A DNA stretch of 64,000 nt from an uncultured Nitrososphaerales archaeon (GCA_963713605.1 CAVQMO010000005.1:32001-96000), one strand, 5' to 3'; shown: positions 35,057-47,351, counted from the stretch's first letter. Made by a program: numbers and translations. Notes: generated from the letters alone by a model not told the origin.

Positions 35057-35128
35057 CTACTCTACTACTCTACTCTACTACTCTACTCTACTCTACTCTA
35101 CTCTACTCTACTCTACTACTACTACTAC
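35057..35128. repeat. (CTACT)n/(CTA)n microsatellite
   Basis: About 72 bp of pentamer and trimer repeats, intergenic. Confidence 0.95.
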
Positions 35129-35229
35129 AGTAACAATTCTCTGAACTTTTGGACTCGAACAAACAATATTCCTAATTTACACTAAAGATATGATTTAACG
35201 CAAATATTCTCTAGTGACAATGGTACTTC

Positions 35230-35541
35230 ATGTACAACATAGTGCCAAGAAGGACAACGGCGGCTAGCAAGGTTGTTGCAATTGTTTTATACATATCGGC
35301 TATATATATGGCTGTGAATATGATCGGTCAAGGGGATATCCTTGCACAGGACAAGAGCACTTCGATCACTTGCACCGGTGCGGGACCTTGTGAAAAGACT
35401 GAATGTGTTAATGGGGATTGTGAAACTATCACTACAAATTCCTCGAATATATCCTCAACAAACGGATCAGATAAAAAGGAGTTAAGCGAGAAATCAATGG
35501 CTGATTCGCTTAAAGACAGGTTGAATATGCGGAGAGATTAG
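35230..35541 (+). CDS. Small secreted protein with a 4-Cys motif
   Basis: Hydrophobic N-terminus, then CTGAGPCEKTECVNGDC. Confidence 0.65.
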   Translation: MYNIVPRRTTAASKVVAIVLYISAIYMAVNMIGQGDILAQDKSTSITCTGAGPCEKTECVNGDCETITTNSSNISSTNGSDKKELSEKSMADSLKDRLNMRRD

Positions 35542-36051
35542 ACTCGTTTGACCTTCATTAGTAACCATGACCATAGATAGAGTGGTATATCTCGATAGTG
35601 CTATATGCTTAGGAAAGATATCATATTATGCCATTACCTAATGCTTACAGTGTTAGAATGTACAACAATTTGAATTTGTGAAAAAATCTCTCAATACCCT
35701 GATTATTGAATCGTGCCATCGTGGCACGAACAAAACATGAAAAGAAATAAGATTCATGAGCAGAGTTTCATCTCCCCAAATCATTACACGCGACGCTTGC
35801 TCGGCCCCTTTATTCAACTACTTAAATATCTTGAATTACCTCTGTAATAGCACAAAGGTAGCCCATTGCCTGTTATCACAGAAACGGGGTTCTTTTCGTA
35901 CGTATCGAGACTGATAATTGAAGATGCACGAGAATCATAGGATTACGTGAAGATCAATCCCCCAAAATTGGCTCTGTTTATACTAACACCCGAGCATGAA
36001 AAAATGGGGATTGATTTCGACGTCAAAAATATGCATACTTAGCATACTTAG

Positions 36052-36144
36052 CTATTGTCTGCCTGGGATAAACTGTTGTGGTTGGAAGGATAGGCAAGAA
36101 GCTGCCCAAGATCTTGCAAGGTTAGAGTTGTATTCGGCAACGGC
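36052..36144 (-). pseudogene. 93-bp remnant of the 3' end of the gene at 37185..37706
   Basis: AVAEYNSNLARSWAASCLSFQPQQFIPGRQ* aligns without gaps to AAAEYNSNLARSWASSYPSFQAQQFTTGKQ*. Confidence 0.85.
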
Positions 36145-36423
36145 AACTCACGTAACAGCATAAGACAGTTTACCCGAGCAGGGAATGCTCATTCCTTGCT
36201 TCTGGTAGGGCTCTTATTAGTCGATACTTGATTCGTGAACGGCTTGTAGCCAATAAACATCAGATACAATGTAGCAATTCTAACAGAGGCTATATCCAAT
36301 GACTACTGCAGCAAGCTTACCATCTGATGAAGCAAGTTGGGGATGTGCATATTTACTTTCAATCTGGTGATGGTATTTGTAAGTACCATAAGCCTTTTCT
36401 AGCACCTATCAGTTCCTTAAATT

Positions 36424-36796
36424 ATGGTTGGAGAAAAAACGACTTTACCTTTCGAAGTGGCTTACTCCGAAAAGCCTAGCAAGGAATCAAAAAGTATGAA
36501 AAGGCTTGCAGTAATCGTCAAACCAGAAAGCATTGATGGCCTGATAGCAGCCCTTAAAGAAGTGGGACTTGAAGCCACAATTTATGATGTAAAGGGTGCA
36601 AGTAAAGACAAGCAAAGAGTAGCTTCAGGCAGAGGAAAGCGGCACTTTTGAGTTAGCGTACACCACAAGGAAAGTTGTTGCTACTGTGGTGAAGAGTCAT
36701 GATGTCGACAGTGTTGTAGAAAGAATGAAAAGTGCCCTTGCAGGGGAAAAGGCAGTTGTCATGATTTCGCCAGTAGATGACCTTGTAATGCTTTAG
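36424..36796 (+). CDS. Atypical PII-family protein, frameshift near 36637
   Basis: MKRLAVIVKPESID..DVKGASK. Removing one A continues SGTFELAYTTRKVVATVVKSHDVDSVVERMK..VMISPVDDLVML*. Confidence 0.82.
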
Positions 36797-37184
36797 GTAT
36801 CATGTTGGTATCATTAACGGTCCGGAGTGATCCCTTAAGAAGGTAAAGATAACACTTTGTTAGGGATGAAGCAATTAGAACTATAGCAAGCCATGTTGAT
36901 AAGACACAATTATCCATGTTAACTATTGGGTGGGAGGAATTTTAGTTCTAAAACCAAATTGGTTTCATATTCGGGTCAGCTTCTTTCAATTTAAATCAGT
37001 GATAAATTCTCCTAATTGAGTAGAGTAAGAGCCATGCTGCTAATTGTATAAGGATACAATCTATCTTCTAAAAGGTTAAATCTATAGGCAATAGGCTTAG
37101 CGATTTCATAACAAGATATCCTCTAGGAATCACCGCTCAGGTGCAAAAAAGGTTCGCTGTAACCGTAAAAAAAAGGATCTTTAG

Positions 37185-37706
37185 TTATTGTTTGCCTGTG
37201 GTAAACTGTTGTGCCTGAAATGATGGATATGACGATGCCCACGATCTTGCAAGGTTAGAGTTGTATTCGGCAGCGGCTTCGACCGTCCTGCTAAAATTTT
37301 TCACGTTTTCTCTTAATACATTTAATGCATTGATTGTTAGCTGGTTGTTGATGTCTGCCACACTAATGAAGTTATTCGTAATATCATCTGATTGTTTTAC
37401 CAATCCCTGAACATATGGTGCTGCCGCCTCTGGAACAGCGAAGGTGCTAAAATTATTGCTGCTGGTTAATAACTGCTTTTGAACTGAAAATGTTCTCTGA
37501 ATGGCGTTTCTGAGTGCGTCTATATACTCCTGCTGTAAATTCGAAATTGCTTGTGCGTATTGTGGTTGAACCCTTGAAGACTCATTCACTAATTTTGTGA
37601 CATTTTCACTTGTGGCATCTACTATCTGAGATACGTTGATTGATGCATTTGTGGTAGTTGTCGTGCTGTCTTTTGATTTCTTATTTTCTGATGACATGTT
37701 TGACAC
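37185..37706 (-). CDS. Conserved thaumarchaeal helical protein, possibly phasin-like
   Basis: Amphipathic Q/N/A-rich helices (PQYAQAISNLQQEY). The phasin label is inference only. Confidence 0.6.
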   Translation of the reverse strand: MSNMSSENKKSKDSTTTTTNASINVSQIVDATSENVTKLVNESSRVQPQYAQAISNLQQEYIDALRNAIQRTFSVQKQLLTSSNNFSTFAVPEAAAPYVQGLVKQSDDITNNFISVADINNQLTINALNVLRENVKNFSRTVEAAAEYNSNLARSWASSYPSFQAQQFTTGKQ

Positions 37707-38386
37707 CTTTCTTTAGCCATTCACCTATATATACATTGGTATCAAATGGTATGTATAACCAGCCATAGGCATTAAAATACTCGACAACCTCCGTCATTGA
37801 CCAACAGCGTTACGTAATAACGAATTTTCAGACGTTCACAATTCAAAGCGATGAAAAAGCGATGAATTTTTTCTAATTAATTCTTATCATGAACCAAATT
37901 CGAGTGATCATAACGTAAATCGAGTAAGAGAAGGCGCACACTTTATCCGTCAGTTTTGTTGCCTATTCCATCTTAAGGTAGCCGAAACGCTAGTTCCAAA
38001 CAGGGGCAATCATAAACTCAGATATTTGAATATTTACAAGGCACAAACAAAAATGCAAGCAGCAAAGCATTAACGAATGAAATCGATGCGAATATAGTAC
38101 AGAGCTACGATCGCACTAATCACCCAAGCCACAAGTAGCAGAATGATCAATAGCTTACTCCTATCTTGCATTTTAGTACTCAACTCAAAAGCAACACCGT
38201 AATCATTCAATTAAACTTATTGAAGAAGACAGTACTATTATTCCGAATTGATACAGTTATATTGAAATCATATAGAGAAAGGAGCTAGTAGATAGTTCAT
38301 TAAAATACAGACATGCGTTTTTTAAACAGTAAGTATACATATAAAGTGAATACAGGAAGGCGATACACATCAACGTCCTAGAATAT

Positions 38387-39913
38387 TTGAAAATATCAAA
38401 GGAAATAGATAGAAGGGGATTTTTCATCCGCTGTTTGCTAATTGGGGCTGTATCGGTAGTTCTTGTGCTCAAGGTATACCTCTTGTTGTTCGTAATGGAC
38501 TTCGTTCTAGGACTATATACTTTCTTTTCAAGCTTTATCTTATTGAATATTCTGCTCTTCTCGTACCTAAGTTATCGCGACCCAAATTTTGAACTACCCA
38601 AAGCATTAAAAGACAACCATGCAATTATGGAAAACTCTCCTTTCTTCTCGATTGTAGTTCCTGTGAAGAACGAGGAAGAAAATATTAGGAATTGTGTGGA
38701 ATCATGTATAAATCAGACCTATAAGAATAGAGAAGTAATAATTGTAAATGATGGAAGTACTGATGAGACGCCGAAAATCCTTGATTCCATCAAGAGAGAA
38801 AACTCACAGATGAAAAATTTTTACATTCTTCATATCAATAAAAGTGTAGGCAAAAAAAGAGCAGTTGAAGCTGCAAGTCAGATTGCAAGGGGAGACATTT
38901 ATGCGTTTATGGACAGTGATTGTGACATGGATCGTGATGCTGTTGAGATCGCAGCCAAGGTCTTTATGGCTGATAAGAACCTGGGTGCGCTTACGGGGCA
39001 TGTAACTGTCAGAAATGCAACCAAAGGTAACGTTTATGAAAAGATGCAGGCAGTGTATGCTGATGCAGCCTGCAGAGGTTTTAAGGGTGCGGAAAGCACT
39101 TTTGATTCTGTTACCTGTTGCTCAGGGGCTCTCAGCTTTTATAAGCGAGAATGCGTTCAGGATTTCATTCATGAATGGGCACATGATAAATTCCTTGGTA
39201 TGGATTTCAAATTCTGTACTGATCGAAGAATGACCGCATATGTTCTCACTACTCCCAGAAAGAAACTCGAGTCCCCAATAAGCTTAGTTGGACCTAGCGG
39301 TGTTAGTTCAACGAACAGAGTTGGACTACTACACAACAACGACTACAGAGGTGGACGACCATTAGTATATCCTGATAGGTCATATGAGGACTATTCTAAC
39401 TCAATTTATTCGCCTACATCCACAGCATGCCCTACCACAGGAGACGGGAACGGGAAGCCTTCTTCCGATAATGGTTATTGGAACGTCAAATATAGCTATA
39501 GTATCAAAGTTCATGTGGGTGTTCCGAACACGATGCAAGCACTGGTAAAGCAGCAGATTAGATGGAAAAAGAGCTTTATCAGAAGTCTCTCCACCACTGG
39601 AGGAAACTATTGGAAGAGACCGGCTTATATTGCCATGATTTACTACATAATGACGGTGATGAAGTTCATACGTCCATATGTGGTATTTCATGCAGTATTT
39701 ATGTTGCCATTCGTAGGTGAGTGAAGCTCTACTCTTTTGTGGTTGGGAGGTATAATGTTCACTGCCATGATTTACGGGGTAGATTATAAGATTAGAAATC
39801 CAGATAACAAACTTTGGTTGTATAGACCTGCTTTTACCCTTCTCACAACCTTTGTTTATACATGGTTGTTGCCTGTGGCCATGATTAACATTCGAAGCAA
39901 ATCATGGAGATGA
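38387..39913 (+). CDS. Processive GT2 glycosyltransferase, hyaluronan-synthase/NodC-like; frameshift near 39720
   Basis: VPVKNE, NDGSTD, GKKRA, DSD, TCCSGALSFYK, CTDRRMT and QQIRW. TM helices at both ends, with the C-terminal ones continuing in another frame to TGA 39913. Confidence 0.85.
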
Positions 39914-40242
39914 AAAGGAACATTATCGCTACAGAAATTCCAAGACTAGGTTGAAATTTAATCTTTTCACAATGCTTTTTAAATTATGGATAGACCCTCA
40001 CTCCAGCCGGCCTCTTCAGTCACAAAATACTAATAATGTAGATTAGCGAAAAACAAATGCATTTTCTGATCTGGTTCTGTTACAATGTCGTACAATGCTT
40101 CTTCAGACTGCAGCAACTAAGCGTCATACTAAGATTAGGAAGAAAGTCAGAGAATCAAAGCAGCCTTGTTATAGAAGATTTAGCTATAATTTACATGAGT
40201 TTAAAATAAGTATATATGTTCACTATATCAAATTAGAATAAG

Positions 40243-40524
40243 ATGCCTAAACAGCTAAGACACAGATTGAGATCAGAGATAATGTCATCCATCCTTCAAG
40301 TCACCAATGGCAACACAGCCAGAGTGACCGAGATACAATACAAAACATATCTTTCCTACAACATTCTGAAGGAATATCTTGTTCACCTGCTCGAAAATGA
40401 TTTGGTAGAGTATATAGAAGGGGAAAGAATGTTCAAAACTACACCTAAAGGCATGCAATTTCTACAGGTCTATAATAGAATGGACGAACTGTTTGTATCA
40501 ACACCTATGCCAAATAGGGAGTAA
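40243..40524 (+). CDS. Small winged-helix regulator
   Basis: RSEIMSSIL..TEIQYKTYLSY..FKTTPKGMQFL. Confidence 0.85.
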   Translation: MPKQLRHRLRSEIMSSILQVTNGNTARVTEIQYKTYLSYNILKEYLVHLLENDLVEYIEGERMFKTTPKGMQFLQVYNRMDELFVSTPMPNRE

Positions 40525-40577
40525 AATAATTCATTCATATCCAAATATTATTTTGTTAAACCCGTTCATCTATTACG

Positions 40578-42311
40578 TTATACCTGAATATTGATCATGT
40601 GATATCCTGTTGAACCCTCTGGAAAAGGCTCTTTGACCTCAGACGTCTGAACCTTTCCGGCTTTATCAGTAGTTCTTACAATTAATTTGTATTCCTTTGA
40701 CTGAACTTCAGGTAGATTCAATTCTGTTGCCCACATAACCCACGAATATAGCGACAATGGTTCCTTGATAGACGCTTCTTTCCAAGTAGCTCCATTGTCA
40801 ATGCTTACTTGAACTTTCGATATTCCTCTCGTTCCTGCGAAGGCTATGCCTCCTACAGTGATAGCTCTCCCAGGAGGAGAAGAGGAAGAAGAATTAGAGC
40901 TATTACTTGAACCGGCAAGACTGGAACCAGCAGGCAAGAAACCTCTGAACCTGGTCTTTATCGGTGCGTCACCAGGTATCACTATTGATGATAAAGTGTT
41001 GATTCTTGCAGTATTACTCCAACCTTTGCGCTGCCAGAATCCTTCATAGACATAATCAACAATCTCAATCTCAGTTATCCATTTGGCATTCATCATTCCA
41101 TAAATGTTAGGAACGATAGCTCTAACGGGAAACCCGTGTGCAGGAGTGAGCGTCGCTCTATTCATCTCGTATGCCAAAATTGTACCGTCTTCGAGACCTT
41201 TCTCTATGGGAATCCCTACATCATATCCGTCAAAGCACCTAAAAACAATATATTCAGCTCCTTGATTTATTTGAGCCTGCTCGAGAAGATTTTTTAGCGG
41301 TACCCCTTTCCATATCGCGTTGCTAATCAGATCTCCACCTACCTTATTGCTTACGCACCCTAGGGTGGAGAATTGTTCCACTGAAGGCATTGCTCTCAAT
41401 CCTTCATAGGTTAGTTCGATTGGATTATTGACTAATCCTTTTACATTCAGCCTCCATGTCTGCGCATTGACTGTTGGAACTACGGGACTGATGTCAATCC
41501 GGTAGAACAGTTCAGTCGGAGTCACTTCATATTTAAGAAGAGGTGAGAGCACAGGATTTTCAAAGCCTGCTGGAGCAGAACTAGACTGGGATGCCGGCAA
41601 AACTGGCACAACAGGTTGTGCTGCTTGTTGTTGGGTTGAAAATAGTAGGCGATTGGTTCCAAAATAGAGAATCGGTAAGGCAACTACCGATACAGCTGCA
41701 GAGCGGAGGAACATCCTTCGATTTATCTTTACATCTTCTTTCAGTAACTTTGGTTTAACACCCCCGCTCATGTCCGTACCAACTTGTTTTTTGTGGGCAA
41801 GATTTGATACTGTAGGCCAATGTAGTGAGATCTTTTGATAAAGTCCTGGCAAGACAAACCCAAATGCGATATTAGGTGGAATAAGGTAAAGGATTAAGTC
41901 ATTTAAGGAGACAGGTCCTGCAGACGCCTCGGTTAAGGCTAGGAGAACTGAAGTTATAATCAACAATAGCACATAAGCTATAACAAATGACTGTAGTGCT
42001 TTTCCCAAATAATTTTTCCAGGGGAGTCTATCGTATAGTCTCCCTACTAGTATGCCGATTAGTCCGTATACAATCATGTTAGCAAAGGTAGCACCAATGA
42101 AGGAAGAATATTTGGCCAGAGGACCAAGGGTCTGAACAGCTTGCGACTCGACTTCTCCAGGTGTGAGAGAGAATAGGGTCAATGAAGCAATCTCTGGAAC
42201 GAACAACCCTCCCGCAAATAATCGAAGAAGTAGCGATATAGCAACAGCAATCGTCCCAGCCACAAAACCTCCTACAAAAAATGATTTGGAAGAAATTCGG
42301 ACAGTTGTCAA
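40578..42311 (-). CDS. Membrane-bound molybdopterin oxidoreductase, sulfite oxidase family (likely TTG start 42311; ORF open to 42470)
   Basis: About 5 TM helices, INRRMFLR Tat motif, TLGCVSN (Mo-ligating Cys), WKGVPL, HGFPVR..YGMMNAKW, dimerisation domain. Confidence 0.9.
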   Translation of the reverse strand: MTTVRISSKSFFVGGFVAGTIAVAISLLLRLFAGGLFVPEIASLTLFSLTPGEVESQAVQTLGPLAKYSSFIGATFANMIVYGLIGILVGRLYDRLPWKNYLGKALQSFVIAYVLLLIITSVLLALTEASAGPVSLNDLILYLIPPNIAFGFVLPGLYQKISLHWPTVSNLAHKKQVGTDMSGGVKPKLLKEDVKINRRMFLRSAAVSVVALPILYFGTNRLLFSTQQQAAQPVVPVLPASQSSSAPAGFENPVLSPLLKYEVTPTELFYRIDISPVVPTVNAQTWRLNVKGLVNNPIELTYEGLRAMPSVEQFSTLGCVSNKVGGDLISNAIWKGVPLKNLLEQAQINQGAEYIVFRCFDGYDVGIPIEKGLEDGTILAYEMNRATLTPAHGFPVRAIVPNIYGMMNAKWITEIEIVDYVYEGFWQRKGWSNTARINTLSSIVIPGDAPIKTRFRGFLPAGSSLAGSSNSSNSSSSSPPGRAITVGGIAFAGTRGISKVQVSIDNGATWKEASIKEPLSLYSWVMWATELNLPEVQSKEYKLIVRTTDKAGKVQTSEVKEPFPEGSTGYHMINIQV

Positions 42312-42515
42312 TGCTGATCTGTCACAATTTTTCCTCGTTTTGTACGATTTAAGCCTTTTTCCAAATCCGTATAGGATTCGAACTAAAAATGAAGGATCGC
42401 ACCCAAATGCAATCTCAACACATATGCAGATACAACTGAGTTCTAATACCGTACATGCTTCCATTTCCATTGTTAATTCTTATATCTTTATTGAACGTAT
42501 TAAGATTGAATGTAA

Positions 42516-43061
42516 ATGTCCATCTTTGCCGCTTTAGTCGGAATCATGGCTTGGTGTCTCTCCACCTACAGTCTTGAATTGATGATATTCATTCATCCTG
42601 CGACCTACGTCGACGCTTCGGTTGATGAACAAAAATACTGGGCAGGGCTTGAAGGTGAATTCGAGAAACCGAAGGTGGAAACATCTGCATCAGGTATGGC
42701 AGTTTTTAAGAGCACACAAGACAGTATGTGGTATTTGGTTAATGTTACCGGTATTGACAAAGTTACTTCTACTCACATTCACAGCGGAGAAATAGGAGAG
42801 AATGGGCCAATAATAGCCTTGCTGTTTGATACTACGAATGATACTGTGACAGGGGATATAAATGGCACACTCACTCAAGGCAACGTAACAGGAGACATGC
42901 TGATAAGCTCGTCTGGTGCTACACAACTACCTGAGCTTGCATTAGCAATGAAGAACGGTACAGTATACGTTGATTTACATACAGTCGAATACCCAGACGG
43001 AGAAATCCGAGGGCAGATAATGTCTGCCAATTCAACTCATGCAGAGCTAATGATGAGCTGA
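42516..43061 (+). CDS. Secreted CHRD-domain protein
   Basis: THIHSG..NGPII, YVDLHTVEYPDGEIRGQI. Confidence 0.88.
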   Translation: MSIFAALVGIMAWCLSTYSLELMIFIHPATYVDASVDEQKYWAGLEGEFEKPKVETSASGMAVFKSTQDSMWYLVNVTGIDKVTSTHIHSGEIGENGPIIALLFDTTNDTVTGDINGTLTQGNVTGDMLISSSGATQLPELALAMKNGTVYVDLHTVEYPDGEIRGQIMSANSTHAELMMS

Positions 43062-43433
43062 CCAGTATTAGCAAGTTCTGTCCAAAGATACCATGCAGCT
43101 CCTGGAAAAAATAGATAAACTACCATCTGAACCTGGAAGGTTAAACACTATCTGAATATGGGCAGGTTAAACTAAACTTGCTTGAGGCCAACGATCAATG
43201 TTATATATAGCGATCTGGGTACCCTACCTTTTTTACGGCACAATCATTAAAGATGATTATTGCTTCAGAAGAGCCGTACTAGGTACTCATGAAAAAGTCT
43301 ACGGGAATAACCTACCGAATCACTTGTCACAGTGATGATACTGTAAAAAAACTATGAGGTGATACCTCAGTGAGGATCATTCAGGAGTTTCACCCATTGG
43401 ATTTCAGTAATGTCCATTTTCCAATATCAAAAT

Positions 43434-44112
43434 TATTCGGCCACAAGCACAGTTTCATATACTAAGGTAAGAGGTTTTGATGATGAGATGATCGATTCTT
43501 ACTGTCATAGGATAGCTCAAATAGGAGGAGATAGTCACCAGCAGCTGGCACATTGACCTTTAACGAATTCTTATCCACCGTTGGATCTTCTAATGTCTCG
43601 TCGTAAAGAATTGGAACTTCCGCTATCTTGGGTCCTATAGTTGTTATTTCTGCAAGTGTCCCGTTCTTGTCAACGGAAGCTTGAATAATTTCTGCCTTCA
43701 TATGGTCAGGAAAACTACCACTGCTTACCTCTATTCCAAGTGACTCGTTCTGTTGAATATCTAACATGTTAAGTGCGACAGTTCTACCGGTTCCCCTTGA
43801 AAAATTCCCAAGGAAGTAGTTTTCAGAGAGCACACCGAGTAACTCTGTTCCTTTGTCTGTTATCCAAGACAAATTACCCTCTGTTGCACTTACTACTGTC
43901 TCATTCTTCAATAGGTCAACACTGGGTATTGTTAGCCCGGTCAAATTATTATAAGGGATACTGGCATAACTTGTTGAATCGAGTACACAGTTGCATTCAC
44001 CGGAAGATACAGTTTGTGCATCACCAGATTGAATATGATACGAAGACGATGCAAAGAGCGCTATAGTCAGTGATGTCAACACAGACATCAGCATACCAAC
44101 TATCAAATTCAT
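43434..44112 (-). CDS. Secreted hypothetical protein, last codons frameshifted
   Basis: Signal peptide and beta-rich body. An alternative frame ends VYETVLVAE*. Confidence 0.6.
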
Positions 44113-44354
44113 ATCCTATTCAGAAATTCCTGTCATATATATAAATAAGAAATTCACTCCAGAGCAAAATTGAGCACTGGTGTTAATCTCAAATCGCATG
44201 ATTTTGAAATGAAGCAGGTAGAATTGAGAAATTGCAAAGGTACTTGCACGCTTATCCTAATTTTTTCTACAAGCATTCGCGTGCAAGATTGATTCTCAAC
44301 CACTCAAGCGGCGAGCATGGATGTGCCACCCATGCAAATTGCTTTATGCTTAAT

Positions 44355-45676
44355 TCAAATGGGATGGATTTTGTAAATTGCTCCTTGCCCGAAGGAAAGG
44401 ACATATAGATTACCATCTGGACCTACTGCAAGATCAGATATTGCGCCAAACTCTGAGCCAAATATTAATTGATTCACTTCGGCATCTGTCTCAGCTACTT
44501 TGTCCGCAATGGGTCCTTCCAGAACAAGATCTGTCCTATTTTCATTCAAATTGAAATCGTAAATCCTTCCAAAATGAACATCTGCTACAAGCATATCATT
44601 TTCATATGTCACACCAAGTTTGTCTGAATCAAAAAACAAGACTTTTGTAGGTCCTACTGTGTCAACCCATGTGAATTCTGGATCCCGGTAAACTCCCTTT
44701 CCCCCAAAGTTGACTAGCTGCTGGTAGTCAAAATCAGCCGGCGCCTTACCTTGAATCTGCAAGCCAGCCACTATTAAAGCCTGGCTCAACAAGATTGATT
44801 TCATCATTTGACCCAGGCCCATTTTCAGTATCCCAAAGGTTGCCTGTTAAAGGATCAAAGTCAATACCGAAACTATTTCTGATGCCATACGCGAAATATT
44901 TGTTGCTAGGAACCTGTTCTCCAATGATACTCTTTACTGGTTTTCCATCTTGAGTTATCCTAAGAATGCCTCCTGTTCCATCTGGCTTGCCGCCATCATG
45001 AACATTTTGCGCTTCAGTGGTGTGACCGTCAACGTCTCCAATTGCAACATACAGGTTGTTATCTGGGCCAATAGCGATGGACCTCCGTTATGTCGAGGTC
45101 CAGGTATGGCTGGAAGATCCAGGAGAAGTTTTGGGTTCACTAGTTTATTGTCAGCCAGTTCGAATCTATAGACTCTGATTACCATGGGGTATATTGTCTT
45201 GTGGTGACACCGCCTCAGTGTAATACAAGAAATACATATGGTCCGCTTGGGGTAGTAAGATTATTGTAACCAACATTGGTCTGATTTGTAGCATTTGAAA
45301 CTGCAATACCTAGCATCCCTCTCTCTACTTCGGATGCAACATTGACTCGTAGCAGAGGGTCAGCTAACATTGCGCCATTTACAATCCTATTTACGGTTCC
45401 TTTCGATTTCTCCAGCACTAAAAAATCATCTGGTCCCAATAATGCCATATTTGTTGGGAACTCTAATCCCTTGAAGACTAGGTCTGCTTTGAGGGTAGGA
45501 TTAGTAACGTTAGGAGCACCTGATCCGCCAGAAAAGTTTGAACCTGGGATTTCCGGATCTCCTGCTGTGGCAATCTGGGCATAGAGGGAATGTGTAACAG
45601 TTGGGATGGTTAAAATGAGAACACCAATCAAAATTAACGCGGATGACCTGAGACTCGATTGACCTATCACAGCCAA
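44355..45676 (-). CDS. PQQ-dependent glucose/sorbosone dehydrogenase, split by several indels
   Basis: GLEFPTNMA, ERGMLGIA, PRHNGG, YGIRNSFGIDFDP (44850-44895), DPEFTW, DLAVGPDGNLYVLS. Confidence 0.88.
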
Positions 45677-46260
45677 TCGATTTGAATTAATTCTAATAAA
45701 TACGTTTAAGGCTACAAAAATGTTCATAATAAAATATTTGGCACAAAAATTGAACTTCAACTTTCTGTCACTAATCGTCCCTGGATTTAGCGAATACATG
45801 GTCCAAACTGGAACTTTCCAGCTTAATATCGTCATATAAGGCCCATCAAAAGACACGACGATATCCGTAATTCTAGGATACGTGAACTCCCTGAGACTCC
45901 CCTGCATGGATCGGCATAAATGCCCTAGATTCATGCCGATGTCTGTAATTCTGGACAAGCGCTATGTTGCAGAGCTAATGGATAAGACTAACTTTACAGA
46001 ATTCATATGGCTAAGTGACAACGATAAGAACGGCGTTCGCGAAGCGAGCGCTAAAATACAATACTTATCAACTAGTGCGAGATTAGATGGGTTTATTCCA
46101 GATCCCCTCTTTAAAACTCCTGCAACACGATGGATAGATGTGTATTATCTTCACCTCGTGTCTGATGCTGATTGTGGTTCTACCTGTGGAGGTACGCATA
46201 TATTCTTAATAAGATTGTAGCGACTATTCATCTTACGATGAACCACACTTTTTAACAATA

Positions 46261-46863
46261 GTGATGGGAGCCGCGCTCCTGTTCACTACAGGGATTGTCC
46301 CGATAATATTTGAGGGCAATCAAGCCGCAACGGCATATCCGATGGAAAAACGAGGTGAGTACGGCCACGGTATGATGAAACCAGGTCACTACGCTGCTGG
46401 TACGATAGCAAGTATTCAAAATGATGAAAGCGGGAATCCTGCTTGGGTAGTGTCTGGGCATTGGAAGGCGAGCATATTAGAAGGCAAAGCCGGAGAATAT
46501 GGAAATCAAACGTCCGCACCATCAAACTCAACTTCGGCTATGGGACAAGATATGTCTAACAAAGTTGCCAAATTTGCATCATCGTTTGACATGGTAAGGA
46601 CTAATGGCTCTGCATTACATGAACATCAAATATACAATTTCACTTTAACTGAAATGTCCATGCCAAATAATACTACAATGATATACAATGGAACTGGTAC
46701 GGTAACCATGAGAGATGGCCCTGTCCCTGATGTACCTATGAGTGCAACAGTAATGGATGGTAATGTCATAAGTTTATGGATAGACCCATCTTTGATAGAC
46801 AACCATTTTGGAGATACCCCAATATATGGAACAGTCACAAAAGCAGTTTCAATAATGAAATAG
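46261..46863 (+). CDS. Secreted Met/His-rich conserved thaumarchaeal protein
   Basis: Signal peptide, GTIASIQ..WVVSGHW, MVRTNGSALHEH, NHFGDTPIYG. Confidence 0.7.
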   Translation: MMGAALLFTTGIVPIIFEGNQAATAYPMEKRGEYGHGMMKPGHYAAGTIASIQNDESGNPAWVVSGHWKASILEGKAGEYGNQTSAPSNSTSAMGQDMSNKVAKFASSFDMVRTNGSALHEHQIYNFTLTEMSMPNNTTMIYNGTGTVTMRDGPVPDVPMSATVMDGNVISLWIDPSLIDNHFGDTPIYGTVTKAVSIMK

Positions 46864-47351
46864 AATCCTTAGCAAAGCCTCTGTAATTGCAGGGAATGAA
46901 AATCCTTTTTTTCTGGCTTTTCCTAATTTTTCATCCACAAAGTACTAAAATAAGCCTGCAGAATTTATTTATGTTAGGACTGGCCTGAAGGGTGACTTAT
47001 CTCAGTGTTGAAAAAGCAGGATAAAAGGTTTAATAAGACTTACCATGGAGAAAACATTTTAATTTTTATATTTCATCCTACTCCAGTACTTTAAATAAAG
47101 TGCAATACAGAACGGCATGGAGTAAAGAAATTAGAAATGTTTACGAAGGGTTAGAACTCGAGCATCAACAGAAGGTTAACGTGTGAAAACTCGTCATAAT
47201 TTCACATTGTCTCAGAAGTTAAGAGATTTCAATTTTGCTTAACAGGCTAAATAGAGTCCCGAAAAAAAGGTGACCAATATGTGAATTATCGCTTCAAAAT
47301 AAAAAAAAGATAAGGATTTGCATGTTCTCGTTCGGGTATCTGTATCGCTAC

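Noticed and set aside
35711..35729. 8-bp hairpin tcgtgcca-tcg-tggcacga
   Set aside because: A single short occurrence with no second copy noticed, so no function can be assigned.
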